64,000 nt of DNA from Styela clava (lineage: Eukaryota), in NCBI RefSeq assembly GCF_964204865.1, contig NC_135259.1, positions 11,594,001 to 11,658,000 of the forward strand. Reading direction: 5' to 3'. The notes under the pieces were generated by a model, which worked only from the letters and a program-made list of their open reading frames with translations, made no database searches and was not told where the DNA came from. The translations under genes were made by a program, and so were the position numbers. Positions 35,101-48,529 of this stretch are shown piece after piece. The stretch's first letter is position 1; every line of letters starts with the position of its first letter.

Positions 35101-38100
35101 TTTCATCTTGAATACTTTATAAATTTTTGTTCCAATTTCACATCGCCTACTCGCAAATGTAAGTTTAAAAAAGAAGTTTACGAAGGTAAACACTATGTCA
35201 CAGAAATAAGAACCGCAAATTGGGAATCAAGATTATGAAGGTGATTTTTCTTTTTAAAAATTTGCGCGCAACTTAATTTGAACAATACAATGGTTATTAG
35301 TTTTATTTTAACAACCACTGATTCAGACACATTTACATGATCAGTAGCTAAACATGTAGGCATCTCATGCGAGTTTCTTTTCTCAAAAGCGAACCAGTAG
35401 CCACTATCTGAGTTATGTGTTATTTATTTTAATAATTCTACTTACTCCCGTTTTATCCTCGTTGCAATAAACATCACGAAATGTTGAATTCGGATCCTTT
35501 TTTATAACGTTGTCGTAAACATCCCTCAACATTATAGCCATTTGCCCACTAACTTTGAACCCATTTCTAGCTTTATCAATTGCAGGTTGAAATAATTCTC
35601 TCCACGATAGATTTCCCCCGTATTTCTTAAATGCGTAACTGTAGTATATAATAAATTTTATTTCCATCGCTTACGGTGGTTAATGTAAATTAGGTAAATT
35701 TTTTACTTCACATATCTATCCTCCATGGTTATGCACTAACAAATGTTTTACAATATATTGAAGATTAAAAGAACTTAAAAAATATTCTGACACCAGCACC
35801 TAATTGAAAGAATTAACGAATGTTTCGTTAAGGTTTGCAAATAATATATATTAACTGGAAATCTTGAACCTTCGTCCACCAGTTAGTTGATCTCGTTTGT
35901 TTATCGGATCTATTAAGGGCAATAAAAGAATGACAAGTGTTAAAAGATATAAATTATAAAAAAAAATTGCAAACGGGGAGGATTAACAAGAAAACCATAT
36001 TCTGCCTAATAACTCACTCTAAACCCTTGAGTTCACCAGGCACCGCAATAAATTTTGCACCTCGGTTATAATCTCCCATTCCCAGAAACATTTCACGAGT
36101 AGCACCCAAGGGTGCTTTTTCTCTAGCTATGATGGACGTGGTTGATTTTGTTGACGAATTGTAGATGGTCATTATACATCCTCCACCTAAAAGAATGTTG
36201 ACAATCAACTTTTACAACTGGTAAATAAATTTTGAGCAGTCCTTGTTATTTGAAACTCGCACTCACACACGCATTCGTTGGTCACGAATCGACCCTATAA
36301 ATCATTTTTATTGAACTGTTGTTGTAATTAATATTATTTTTGGTATTTTTCTCATAAATTTTCTTTTTATCTACTAGATGAAAAACCTTGAGATTTTCAG
36401 TGTTACAGATTGTGGTTCTCGCTAGAAGCCTATTACTTTTATCTATTTCACAGATTCATGTATGCTCTTTGTTTTGATACTACTTCGTTTTGGTCTTCTT
36501 TGTATTTTTATTTTCGAGAATTTATCTCTTGTTTTGCATAGCATTAGCATTTATATTGGAACAGTAATGTATAGTCTTCACAGAGAATATCCTGTGAATG
36601 CAACTACTGTATGCTATATCGTAGTATACTATATCGTAGAACATTTGCAGGAACAATAAATATTTGCACGAATACTTCAAATGTAGTCATACCTATTCCA
36701 GAATAAAACGGTTCAACGACACCTTGGCACAAAATAACCGCTATTGCTGCATCAACTGCGTTTCCACCTGCTTTCAAAATGTCGCGACCGACTTCTGAGC
36801 ATTCAATTTGACCTATATATATTAAAAGAAGAATCAAATGCTATTATGAGGATGGAAGGTATAGATTCGTAAATACGATACTAGCACGTGGGCGCAAAGG
36901 ATAGTTAAAAGCAGGCGTACATAATTTAATGGAAATAAATTCAGTGAGTTTGTATAGTTCCGCACCGCTGATGTTAGTCAATAAGGAACACTGTCGATAT
37001 TAACTCGATATTCGGCACAGTGCTGGTTGTATCATTTGATGGCTGACCGTACATTTGAACCCATACATTTGCACTCGTATATCCGCGGGTTCAATCTATA
37101 TGAGGGAGCTAAAATTCATGGGTTAGGGTTACTATGGGTTCAAATATCTATAAAAAAAAATCCATAGGTGCAACAGTATGCAGGTGCAGTTGTCGTGGGT
37201 TCAAATGTAAAGGAACCCATTTTATGATTAGGTACCCAGTAAAATACATCGAACAACTGTTTCTAATTGACATTGTTGCGTCATAATGTACCTACTGGCG
37301 CAATCTGGTGTGGGTCTGATGGGCGGGAATTTGAATCGCGTATTTGTTTGCATAACTAGAGTTCGTAATCATTACTAGATGTAACATTGGAATGTTTTTT
37401 GGCGCGAATGTACGCGGGTGAAAATGTACTTAGCGCAAATATCGGTTGGTGCAAATGTACGTGAGTGGAAAGGTAGGCGGATCAGATGCAATCTGCAACT
37501 GAGTGTGAGAGTAGTATGCAGGTTTCAAACCCGAATGCAAGATGATGGAACCTGTTGAGATACCTAAAGTTTGCTGTCAAAGAAGAAAACCCTTTTTTTT
37601 AGCTAAAATTGCGTGGGTCATATCTATGTGAACTGGGATTTTTTAACACTCAACAATATACCGTAAAGGCGTAAAGTATAAGAACGAGAGCGGCTTTGTT
37701 GCATTGAAAAGGTAACGAGGGTTTGTCTTACTGAATTACGTCCTAACATTAAGACTGTTGTCACAAACATCATGCTTGTGTTACTCACTGAGAGATTTGT
37801 TGTAGGCCTACACTACAAAGGTACAAATATTTAGTTAGTTTGTTACATATGCTGGGTTATTTACACTTACACACTTGAACTGGACACAAGTATGGACCTG
37901 ATTCAATGCATTACATGGGAAAATACTGGGATTTATATTGAAGCTATCCTATGACTAAGGACCACTATCTACTTATCTGTGATCCGGGGTCTGGGAGTGT
38001 GATATTTTCAAGGGAAGATCATGATAATCATAAAGAAACAAAAGTGATCTGGGCTGAAAAATCAGACAAGTTTTTCAGTCTAGATTTTCAAGCGTTCGAT

Positions 38101-39824
38101 AAGAGTTGTTAATTTGGAATATCAGTTTAAAGAAGCCGAGATGCATATTGCATCTTGGGTCGGCAACAGGTGTAAGAAATAAGTTAATTGTATGACTGAC
38201 CCTCACTGACAAATGCTCAAGATTACAAATTTTGAAATGAAGACTTTCTAAATTCAAACCAAATTTGTTACACAAAATGCAACGTCCGAAACTAGATTTC
38301 GATGTATGTTGTTTACTTTTTAGCTTTGTTCGGTTACTAAGAAAAACAGAAGCTAACCACTTAGTTCAGGGCTGTGAAGCCTCTAATACAGGAGCGCCAA
38401 ATACAAATAACTGGGTAAAACCACGGGCCGCATTTTCATTCAACATAGACTTTGTAGTAGACCCACGCGAAAAAATTTTGGTCGTTGATTCTATGACATG
38501 CATTGTTTGATTCGCACAATCTAGCTGTTAGGTCATTGTAACTTTATAAGCATAGATAATAAATTGTAACCAGGTATATCTTTAACAAGCGAAGGGATAA
38601 AAAGTACTGGCACGCAGTGGCGTAGCATCCACCCCCGCAAACCCCGCGGTCGCGGGAAGGCCCACAGCGCAAAGGGGGCCCAAGCGATTAGAATTTAGAA
38701 AGGGAGTCGTCGATTTTCGGCGACTTGTGGTTTGATCGCACCGGCAAAATTACGAAGGCTATCAGAACGATGTCGAAAGACAAACCTCTCAGTGACGCAC
38801 AGAAACAGGGCAGAATAGTAAGCACGTATGAAAAAAAATGTAAAGTAACCAAGATAAACGGCAAATTTTAGGTTACCATTGCCTTTTAGCGACATGTTAT
38901 GCTTTTTGACGAAAAAAAAAACGCTGTTGTAGCTTATGTTCGAGAGTTTTAGGGTCATTTCCACGAAATATTTTGCGGGGGGCCCACGAGAGTCTTGCTA
39001 CGCCACTGCTGGCACGTACTTGATTAGACTAAATTAAAAACTCGTTTCGCGGGCCGCCGACCATTGACACTTCTCCGCGGGTCGCACAATTGTTTCCTTG
39101 TTGCCGCAGGTTGTACAACCCCGACTCAGATGTTATTATTGGGATTCGGATTTGTAATTTTTTTTGTACTCCTACCCACTTTCGCTCACCAAAATTATTT
39201 ACAACTATACAAGTAGGCCTAAGCTTCGTCTGTGAACTTTATTTTCTCGTTTTCATGTATGCTGTTTATGAACCTTTGATTTCAGTAAGATTGTCGTGGT
39301 GTGTTTTTCCACTTGTGTTAGTGAATGGGAACAAACGTTAGTTATAGCGTTTTCCATAAAGCCTTCTCCAAGTTTTGCCAGTTTTCCCTATCTTTCAGTC
39401 GTCATTGTCGTTGTTCTTTATTTTTTTTTATCTGTGTTGCAGGCGAATAATCGAGATAAATATACTTATACAATCGTATTGTATTAGTAGAAACGTAAGC
39501 GCAACATTAGTATGTTAACGTAAAAAAAATTTTGTATTCAAATGTCAAAGGTGGGCCAAATAATTTGTTTTCCCCAAGAGAAAAAGAGTTGGTTCACAAA
39601 CACAATTAAGATACCTAAATTGTTTTACTGGTTAAACAGATAGATGGGCAAAAAAACGACGAGTAAGCGAAAGTCTTCACATTTGTAAGGAATTTAAAAA
39701 ATTCGAATAATGAACCAGTTTTTTACATTTTTGACAAACAGAAATTTAGTGTAGTGAGGTGTAAAATCTTAACTAACATACCGGAAGCGACGGCAGCTTG
39801 ATGATATATTCCTGTTTGATTCAT
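32177..39824 (-). CDS. Gamma-glutamyltranspeptidase paralogue B, exons 39782-39824, 36693-36812, 36018-36186, 35446-35638, 34923-35084, 33993-34515, 33671-33848, 33187-33331, 32177-32284 (546 aa from MNQTGIY)
   Basis: Same exon sizes and phases as paralogue A, intact frame. Motifs GGNAVDAAIA, AREKAP, SS-TVHISV, TSTIG, NNEMTDFS, RPLSCM, GSSGG. The 5' end is uncertain. Confidence 0.93.
32520..33116. repeat. Foldback-type CATTTGCACCCATGGA arrays (probably two adjacent elements) in the last intron of GGT-B
   Basis: Many degenerate catttgcaccc units with short inverted ends at ~32800-32837 and ~33060-33116. Confidence 0.8.
37041..37552. repeat. Further foldback MITE copies/fragments (CATTTG(A/C)ACCC family), one containing GGGTTAGGGTT
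   Basis: tacatttgaaccc ... gggttcaaatgta inverted pair (~37050-37210), plus gtgcaaatgtac units at ~37400-37550. Confidence 0.65.
38615..39008. mobile_element. hAT-type MITE (TIR CAGTGGCGTAGCA) with TSD CTGGCACG, in a GGT-B intron
   Basis: Perfect 13-bp TIRs and perfect 8-bp TSD at 38607-38614 and 39009-39016. Confidence 0.9.
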
Positions 39825-40569
39825 CTTCGAGGTCAGATACCAGGTCAAAATATTCGAAACGCTGCAAAATTTCGGACCAAAGGGTCACATGTGTTTGTAA
39901 ATCGTAGTCGCACCTTGTATGCAATGCTCCGTCCTTTTAGTTACGGTAAGTTTAACTAATCTTTCATCTGCGTTAATGCCACTGCGATAAAGAACAACTA
40001 TGCGTCATATATATATTTGTGGATAACGTAACAAAATGAACTAAACCCTGCTTTAACCAAAACTCTTTTTAAAAACAGAAAAATTATTTCCTCTTGTGGA
40101 AATATTTATTTTGTTCCATATTTTCTAAAAATATAATAAAAAAAATGCACCAGTCAGTGGCGGTAAATATATGAACTCAAAAAAAACATAGTCAAAACAT
40201 GCCACATTGAAAAAAATAAGTAGTTTTTGGGTAAACTTTACTATCTCGACTGAAAAATCAGAAATTATTGGCGAGCAAAATTTTGGTAAATTACATTATT
40301 TTTGTGTATGATTCTATTTGTATACTTGAAATGTTTTGTATAGTAAATTTTGTTTTTTGTTAAAACCATTCACAAAGCAAAATTCTTACTATTTCATTAT
40401 GGCCCATTTATAACAATATTTTTCCTGCAATCACTATCACAATCTAAAAACTAAACAAACTATATCAGCAATAAAAAAAAGTAAGTATACAACTTCAAGA
40501 CCCCAAAGTTGAATTGAATTCATAAACTGCTAGAAAATCACTAGGACAGAAAGCCAACAAAGCTTGTTA

Positions 40570-41030
40570 GTTGTTATTACGAGTATAGACAATCACAAAA
40601 GATGACAGTTTTCTTTTCCCTTCATGCTTCCTTAAGTGACAAAATCCATCAAACCTGATGCCGTTGAGGGGTTTATTTGATGCACCTTTTTGCAGAACCC
40701 AATAATGCTCAACATTGCCCATTCCTTTGTATTCATCAATGACGCATGGTACTATAATAATATGATCCTCTCTTGGCTTGCCATAGCTTCGAACAACCCC
40801 TCCATACAATAGATACAAATCACAGGACAATAGGTAGCCACTTGAGGAGCCTATCCAATAGCTTGATACCCCATTTTCGATTAGTCACAAAAATCTTGGA
40901 ATACTCAAGGAGTACGACTAACAGTTGGCTCAGGTTCCAGTGTGAAATTGACAAACTTCACTTTGGAGTTTGAGTTCAGAAGTTGAATAGGCCTATTGCT
41001 TTAGCAATTGGAAGAGTTTTGACATCTGAA
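40570..41030 (-). pseudogene. Decayed, internally deleted piggyBac transposase remnant
   Basis: Frameshifted minus-strand fragments RPIQLLNS, KWGIK/YWIGSSSGYLLSCDLY and IIVPCVIDEYKGMGNVE occur in the same order as the piggyBac motifs KIRPL..LLN, KWG.K.W...SSGY.....IY and P..I..YN..MGGVD. Confidence 0.6.
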
Positions 41031-41889
41031 TTGCTATTATTTTCCCTGTGTAACTGTTGGACAACTGAAAGAAATTTAAAATGTTATACTGTCTGTGTCT
41101 TAAATATGACATACCATTAATAAAATTTGATTCCTCTGTTATATCAACTACTATCCATAAATAATTGATATTGCAACTTCAGATTGAATAATATACTCAA
41201 AAATGTTATTATTATTAACAATTTATTGGCGTTCATTGCAGTTTATTACTGCAAGGTGGTCCAAGGTTGTTGGCATTTACAGCCACAATATTATTTTTGT
41301 ATTGTTCGCAGGCCACATCAGTGCAATATGCTCATTGCTCACAAGATTCAAAACTATCGTTTTAGAATATATTTTTTTGGCACCGACACAACCTGCAGAC
41401 ATCAGGCATTGTGGATTACTCTCTTATCAAGTTAAAAATCTGTTTTAATCGGTCATTTTTTTCAAACTCTGTCAACACTACACATCAGATATGCTCACAG
41501 CAGATATATTCATTACTCTGTTACTAAACTTCGCAAATGTGAGCTAGGGCTGACAGGAGGGGTAGTAAGTAAGACAATGCGACAGGGGGTACCGTATATC
41601 AGTATATTGCAGTATTGCTACCGTAGGTCATAACTGCTATCGTACGATATCAGTAGGGTGCCGTACCAGTTAGTACAGCAGTAACTGTTATAGCCAAACT
41701 GTAATAACAGATTCCCCTTTTTTTTTAGTTGTCTACTGGTCTATGAAGGCTATTGCAGTATTGAAATATTGTGAGCGAATATTCCCTACTGAAAAGAAGT
41801 TCAATTTGTGGAACCTCAAGGTCATTTAAGGCTGTCAGAATAAATGAATTACGATAAGATAGTTAACAATATAGTCCTGCCCAGCACAC

Positions 41890-42830
41890 CAAGATTGCCA
41901 GATTCCAGTGATCAAAAAAAGCCAAATCAAGACCAGAATAAGCCAATAAGTACAAAAGTTCCATGATTTGATGCCCATGGCACAATAGCGGGTTTGCAAT
42001 ATGCTGATGTAGAGCCATCAGTTGATTAACTGAGCCACACAAATGTCTTCTCCCATTGAAAGTTGTATTTTCGGTTGCTGTCATGGCGATTTACACTTCA
42101 GCGGGATGAAGGGTTTTAAGGTAAAAGGGATTAATTGAACGCAGCACCAAAATCTGCATTCGACATAATACAGTTAAGCTGACACCCATATGGAAAAGTT
42201 GAAAAAAAAAACAATAAAAAAATAAATATCAATCGGACAGCATTATTCAATAACAGGGCAGCAGGTGCCCCTTCAGTATGCAGGTATGTGATATACCTTA
42301 AAACATTCTCTCTAAACATTTCGAAACCATCGTTTTTATTAAAAAAATTATCTAACCACATAACCAGTGCCGCTTACAGGTGGACTACTGATAGCTAATT
42401 TTAGTGGAGTTAATCACATCGTTCGTGAGACTAAATTTAGATTACTGCAACTAAACTAAAGCTCCTGGGAAGGCATACCGGTACGCGGTACCGGTACCGA
42501 CAATTACATGAATTAAGTTATACAACTATTTTTCGGAAACAGACCCAAAAACTGACAAATAACAGGCAAAACTAGGCAATGTTTACAACCCTGCTTGAAC
42601 ATCTACCGTATCTGAGCTGAGCGGCTGCAATTATTTATGATTGGTTGTGGTTAATTTAAGGTAATAAACAAGGAAATCGATGTTTGGAGAAACCACACCA
42701 TGAATATTGTATTTCATATGATTTTCATAATAAACACTAGAAGAGACTCAAAAAAGCCAAGCGAAAATTCTAACGCCGAACGTGTTTGGAAAAATGGCAA
42801 ATTCGGCGTTAAAAAACCCAATATGGCATT
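41890..42830. mobile_element. Second, decayed copy of the Blackjack-like hAT element
   Basis: caagattgccagattccagtgatcaaaaaaagccaaatcaagac...ggcgttaaaaaacccaatatggca is colinear with 17097-18307, minus the nested MITE. Confidence 0.75.
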
Positions 42831-45079
42831 GGTCATATTATATATACCGGTACGCTTTGGCATTGGTAACCCTGCAGCACACTATGGATCTTTCTCCGAC
42901 CTTTGACTCCAGGAGAATCTCCCTATAGATCTTTCCCCGACCTTTGACCCCTGAAAAATTGCAAAATTTTCGGGTCTATTTTAAGAGTGCTTTTGCAAGT
43001 TGGCGCCTGTAAAATTGGGTATGTGTTTCAAACCATCATTACAAATCATCGCATATAACAATCTGTTTTTTAAAAGTACCGGTAAAGAATTTTAGCCTGG
43101 TCTATCACAGCTATTTCTACACTATTTCTTTATTACTGCAATTAAACTAAAACTCCTAGGAAGATAGAGTGATCATTGAATTATCTGATTTATATATAAG
43201 TTTCTGAAACATAACTGAAAACGAATAGAGTTCAAAAACGCGAAAACCAGGTAATGTTTACGACCACGCTTGAAAATCTGTCTGAGTGAGAAAAGTGTCT
43301 GAGCGGATGCGAAAAGGGAGCATTGTTACGTCACTTTTTGCATCTTACTGATTGGCCAATGTTACAAAGTAAACAAGGTAGTCGATGCTTGAACCAGTTT
43401 ATATGTTCAAAACCATATTTTTATAAACATTCAACCACATACCGCTTACAAGTACCGATAGCTAATTTTGTAAATTGTAGCCTAGTCTGGCAGCTTATCA
43501 GTAACTAATTTTGTAATATTGTGACTATACTAGAGCTCCTCAAAAAATAAAATGAATTTCTAGTTGTATGATTCACAACTAATCTTTGGAAACTGAAAAC
43601 TGACTAATAACACGCAAAACCACGGAAACATGGCAATGTTTGCACCAGTGCTCGGCGACCTTTATTGAGAGAGAGGGATATTTTATTGAAGTTGTCAAAC
43701 AAAGAAAACACATATAGATATAGATATACAAATAAATAATAAACAAACACATGCTTTCAGTATATGACTGGGTGGCAACGATAAGACATCAGGAACACCT
43801 ATGTGTTTCAGATATTTATTTCCACCGTGCAAGAATAAATGTAAAGCAATTAACGCACACAAAAACAAAAATAAAAAAAACTAGCAAATATTGCAACAAA
43901 CTGATTCATACTTAAACAAATCAAAATTTGGCATACACAAGTTGTCACAACACAGTTGTGCAGGTCATGCAATCATCCGTTGAATAAGATTAAACATAAG
44001 CTCGAAATATGGATCAAGGGTTAATATAATAGAGTCATTTGGTTGACCGATGGCTTTGTATATGAGAGATCATATCTTAAATTTCACATCACATTTTCAA
44101 AATTACATTTTTATTGCCCAGGAAAAATAACGACAGTTACGTTGCCTTTAGCTTTACTAAAGTAAATCAAGATGGCCCAGCATGTGACCAATACTTGCTT
44201 TGCTCGTATTTTTGAATGTTAAAAGAGGGGGGAGCAGTCACCGGAAGGGGGACACGAGTCGTAAAAGGTTGGGAACCACTGCGCAACAGACTAGTAGGCC
44301 GATATTTACAAGGGATACGTCCGATCGCCGCTGTTTTTGACAGCGGGAACAATGGTAGCAAATATTTAGCAGTTTCGAAAAGTGGATTCAGGCAGACATT
44401 TGTTAAATAGTTTACCGGAGACAGTGCAGGAGAACGTTTTTTGAAACTATGTCAGACATACTGTCTGGGCCGGAAGCGGTTGAAGCATTGATGACACAGA
44501 TTGTTGCTTCGTATTACAATTGTTACTAGGATTCATACGCGGAACAGTTTGAAAACACAAATTTATTTTTTTATAATATATCAGTAAATATCACGCGTTC
44601 AGGGAAGAAACAATATGACTACAGTTAAGTCATCAGATTCCTACAATATTTGCTGTAATTGTGTGTTCAGGTCCCGGTTGTATTTGCACTTTGCGTTTAA
44701 TTTTTCGCTCATTTGCAAGAGCCTTTATCGGCTTATAAGCAAGAAGACAGAATTGTGGACATTGTTACGCCCGGGAAGTGTATCATATCTGTTTTGTATG
44801 ATAGGCTTGGGATTCTACGAGTTACGACTACGACTACAGTAATGCCGGTCATGATCAACAATTATCACTGTCCTTTGAGTATGTATTTTAAGTGGGAGAA
44901 AACATCTGCATTAAAAATGTTCAATTTAGACTTCGAGCCTATTTTTATTGTCGTTTCAATATAATTACATCCATTATAATTTGTATATCACATTATCCTG
45001 TCTTATGTATTACTAATTAATATCTTCCAGCTAATCTAGTGATATTGCCACATGCGTTTTTGTCTTGATTGCTCAATGT

Positions 45080-45595
45080 CATCTTGCTGATTACATTGAT
45101 TCATCGCAAAACCTACAGAAATTTAGTGGTGATTCGTTTCTCTTGCCGGATGTTTATATTTGAACGTCACCACAGCTCGTAGATCTGAAAATATTTGTTA
45201 ATAGTTAGATTGCGGCTGTTAATTTCTGTTTTCCTAAAATCGTCGACAGTTTAGTTAAAGATCTGATGTAATTTTACTCGTGGAAAAATATATTCTCGTT
45301 CAGCGATTTACCGACAAACGGTAGTGTATATTTTGTTTTATTACAAATGCATGGATAAATTTTCATACTGGGTAAAACTTGTTCTGAAGTTTTGCAGCCG
45401 TATTTTCTTTCATTAGTTTTATAGAAATGATTTAAATCACGTGAAATGCTTTGCATAATTGATTGGAGGATAAACACAAATATTGATAACAGTTTTCAGT
45501 TGTAAGCTATGTTCAGAAAGATATAATAAAGAGAAGCGGACTTATTGTCACGCATGACACGTATAAACAATTTGATAATTGAGAATTTACTGTTA
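45080..45595. repeat. Diverged duplicate of the GGT-B 3' flank (31601-32118)
   Basis: Colinear anchors catcttgctgatt, ttagtggtgatt, aaaatatttgttaat, cttgttctgaagttttgc, gtgaaatgctt, aaatattgataa and gttcagaaagat. Confidence 0.8.
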
Positions 45596-48529
45596 CGAGA
45601 GTCTACGGCAAAAAATGTCATGAGTGAAGCTGAAAGCTATTTTCGATTTCCACAGATAGTTGTTGTGAAAGTATATTCATTCAATTATCAAAACTGGATA
45701 GAGTTATGTAGATAACCTCTTTGACTATGTGGAGGTATTGTATAGTATTCTTAACTTTACATTCTTGCTTCGACACGCTCTTTTTTGAAAAAAAAAAACA
45801 CAAGCAAACTTGTTTGCAGGATAAATATCACGCGTTCAGAGAAGGTAATAATAAAAAGTTGAGTCTGCACAGCATATTCAAACAATATCCGCAATTGCGT
45901 GTATATAGTTTCCGCTTGTACTTGCACTCTACGTTCATATTCTAACGATTGTTTTACAGAAGGCAGGATTGAATGCAATGTGTCTACTTTAAGAGGTGTA
46001 AAGTAGTCAGAAGCTATAAATGCACATAATTTTATTGCTTGATCGTAATTAAAATGTATACAGATGTGGGGACATTTTGAGGTATATATATATGCATGCA
46101 CATGCTTATATTTATTGTTAATACAATTTAGCGCTGCAAGTTTCATTTTTAGTTTAGTATAAGTAGTAGTAATTTGATTATACGGTTCGAGCTTTGCGCT
46201 AAGCATTTAAAGAGCATTATCGTCTGAAGAGATGAACATGTGCGATAGAGACCGACGCGGCACGGGTCCTATGAAATTAAAATATTCAAATGACATTTTA
46301 CTATTCGTATATCCGATACCACGCGACCTGTACCGCTCTGCTTGGCACGAAACTCGCGCGCCGGTAAATCGATCGCTTAGATTTTGCAAAAAGTGCACCA
46401 ACAACATTTCGTAAATGTAGAAACGTCAATTCAAATAAGGTATTTAGAATACCGTTCCCGGAGTTAAGATGTTATTAGTCATTTCACGCATGACCGGGAT
46501 ATAAAAATCATTATCGGAAATACGAAGACGTTCTCAATACGTTTTCGTTCAAGGTGTGCTCTTTATCGTCAGCTTGCCTAACGGTCACTTAGAAATGCCC
46601 TTATTCCAGATTTTAAATCACCATTTAAGATTCACGCAATCACAGCTTTGTACTGTGGGTCTGGGACGTTTAATTTGCAAACGACGATAAGTTAGATTAA
46701 AGCCGATGCAATTGAAAAAAATATGAATAAATTTAATTTGGGCTTTGAAATCACTCCTTAATTTCATTAACATCTGTCGCCTACGTAATAGCATAGTTAT
46801 ACCGTAAATATATACTACTACGGTTATACCAATATTATGAAACTTTGATCTCCGCCGACCCACAAGAATTAATAATTGCGCACAGGAACAAGAAGTGGAA
46901 ATATAAAAACGTACAGGGGACAAAAAATGATCGATTATGACAAAATTAACCAATAAAAATCGCTTTGTTGCCGATTTTCAATTTTTCTATTAATTTCCAA
47001 ACCGACCTCCGACGTTCTGGAATCATGTTGTGTGTAATATATGTTGTTATTGGACTATTCGGTATTCGTTAGAAATATTCGAATTATTTGAGTCGAAAAA
47101 ATATTTGATTTTGCCCACCACCTTATTTGCCACTATGAAAGTTGAAAAACGTGGGAAATAAAGAGTCGTTTAAAAAAAGCTGCGTGTTTGTGTCACTTCA
47201 ATTCCAGTCAGAATCAAATATTTAAAACTCATCGTAACTAACAGCCCCAAATATCACACTAAAATACCATTCCTATTTCTAGCTTATTATAGCATGCATA
47301 AGCAAACTAGCAAAAATATTCATGTATACCATACTTTAGCTCTTGTAGCTCTGAATCGGAACGTGCCACGTCTTTTCCAGCTAAAGAGGACAAATTATAT
47401 TATCAATTTCGTTATTTTATTTTCATGTCAAAATGATCGATGTCAGGTAATTGCATAATATAGTTTAATATTAACAAAAATCTCATTTGGTGTTCCGCCA
47501 TAATTTTAGACTATAAAACGTGTTCCGCGGTGCAAAAAAGGTTGAAAATCACTGCTATAACGGATGGCCTATCATCTAAGTACTTGCATTTTAGGTATTC
47601 TTTCATCCAACATAAACTTGTAACTGGACGAGAGACACTGGCTTGTAATATAATTACTCTCGTAGCTTCTTTCTTAACAGAAATAAACATAACCATGTTC
47701 GTTAAATTCTGCCATTATTGCTTGCTTTGTGTAAATGACACATTGCTGGCATTGTGTTGTGTTTATTTCACTGATATCAACCCCGAGTGAATTGTCCAAA
47801 TGCGTGAGTTTTTTATTGTGGTCAAAAGACATATTTCGATGTTTATCGGATAACCTACAGATGAACTCGAAATATATACCAAATAAGTATAGTATTTTCA
47901 ATAATTTGCGATAGCGTCTGCGCTTGTACTGGCTATATATGACGTTTCGTTGTCGATTTTAAAAAAATCTCAAAAACATTATTTTAGTTCACCTTAAAAA
48001 TATGTCATTAGTTGATAGAAAATCTATCGATATAAAAACTTTGATAATAGCTTATATTGCCTAATGCCCCATATTATTCTACATATATACGATAAGTGGA
48101 ACTGTATTTGGATAAGATCGTTTTATTATAAACTTTAAATTTTTATATGTCTATTAGCTTTATCTAATATTCATTTCAACAGCAAAAAATCGTAAAAATT
48201 CAAATTAGAGGTAGATTAGACATAAAAATTGTATATTTGTTCATGATACTATGTCATCATTTTAAGTTTCTGACTAGATTTTCCCCTCCCGTCGAGATTC
48301 GCACTTAAAGTGTTCAAATCTTTTATTGTTCGTTTTCCGACATTTTTGTCGAGATTTTTAATGGTTCACATACAACTTCAGTTACGTTTTTATTTGCTTT
48401 GTTATTCTAAATATCTTTTTATATGAATGTTTATATGTTGTAGTGTGGTTACTGGAGCTGGTATACGATCATGACAATTTCTACTTTTTTGTAGTCAATA
48501 ATAAATATAAGGCTTCAAATCGTAGAAAA

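Noticed and set aside
45757-46206. 149-aa minus-strand ORF
   Set aside because: AT-rich, crosses a homopolymer run and a local repeat, and has no splice or homology support.
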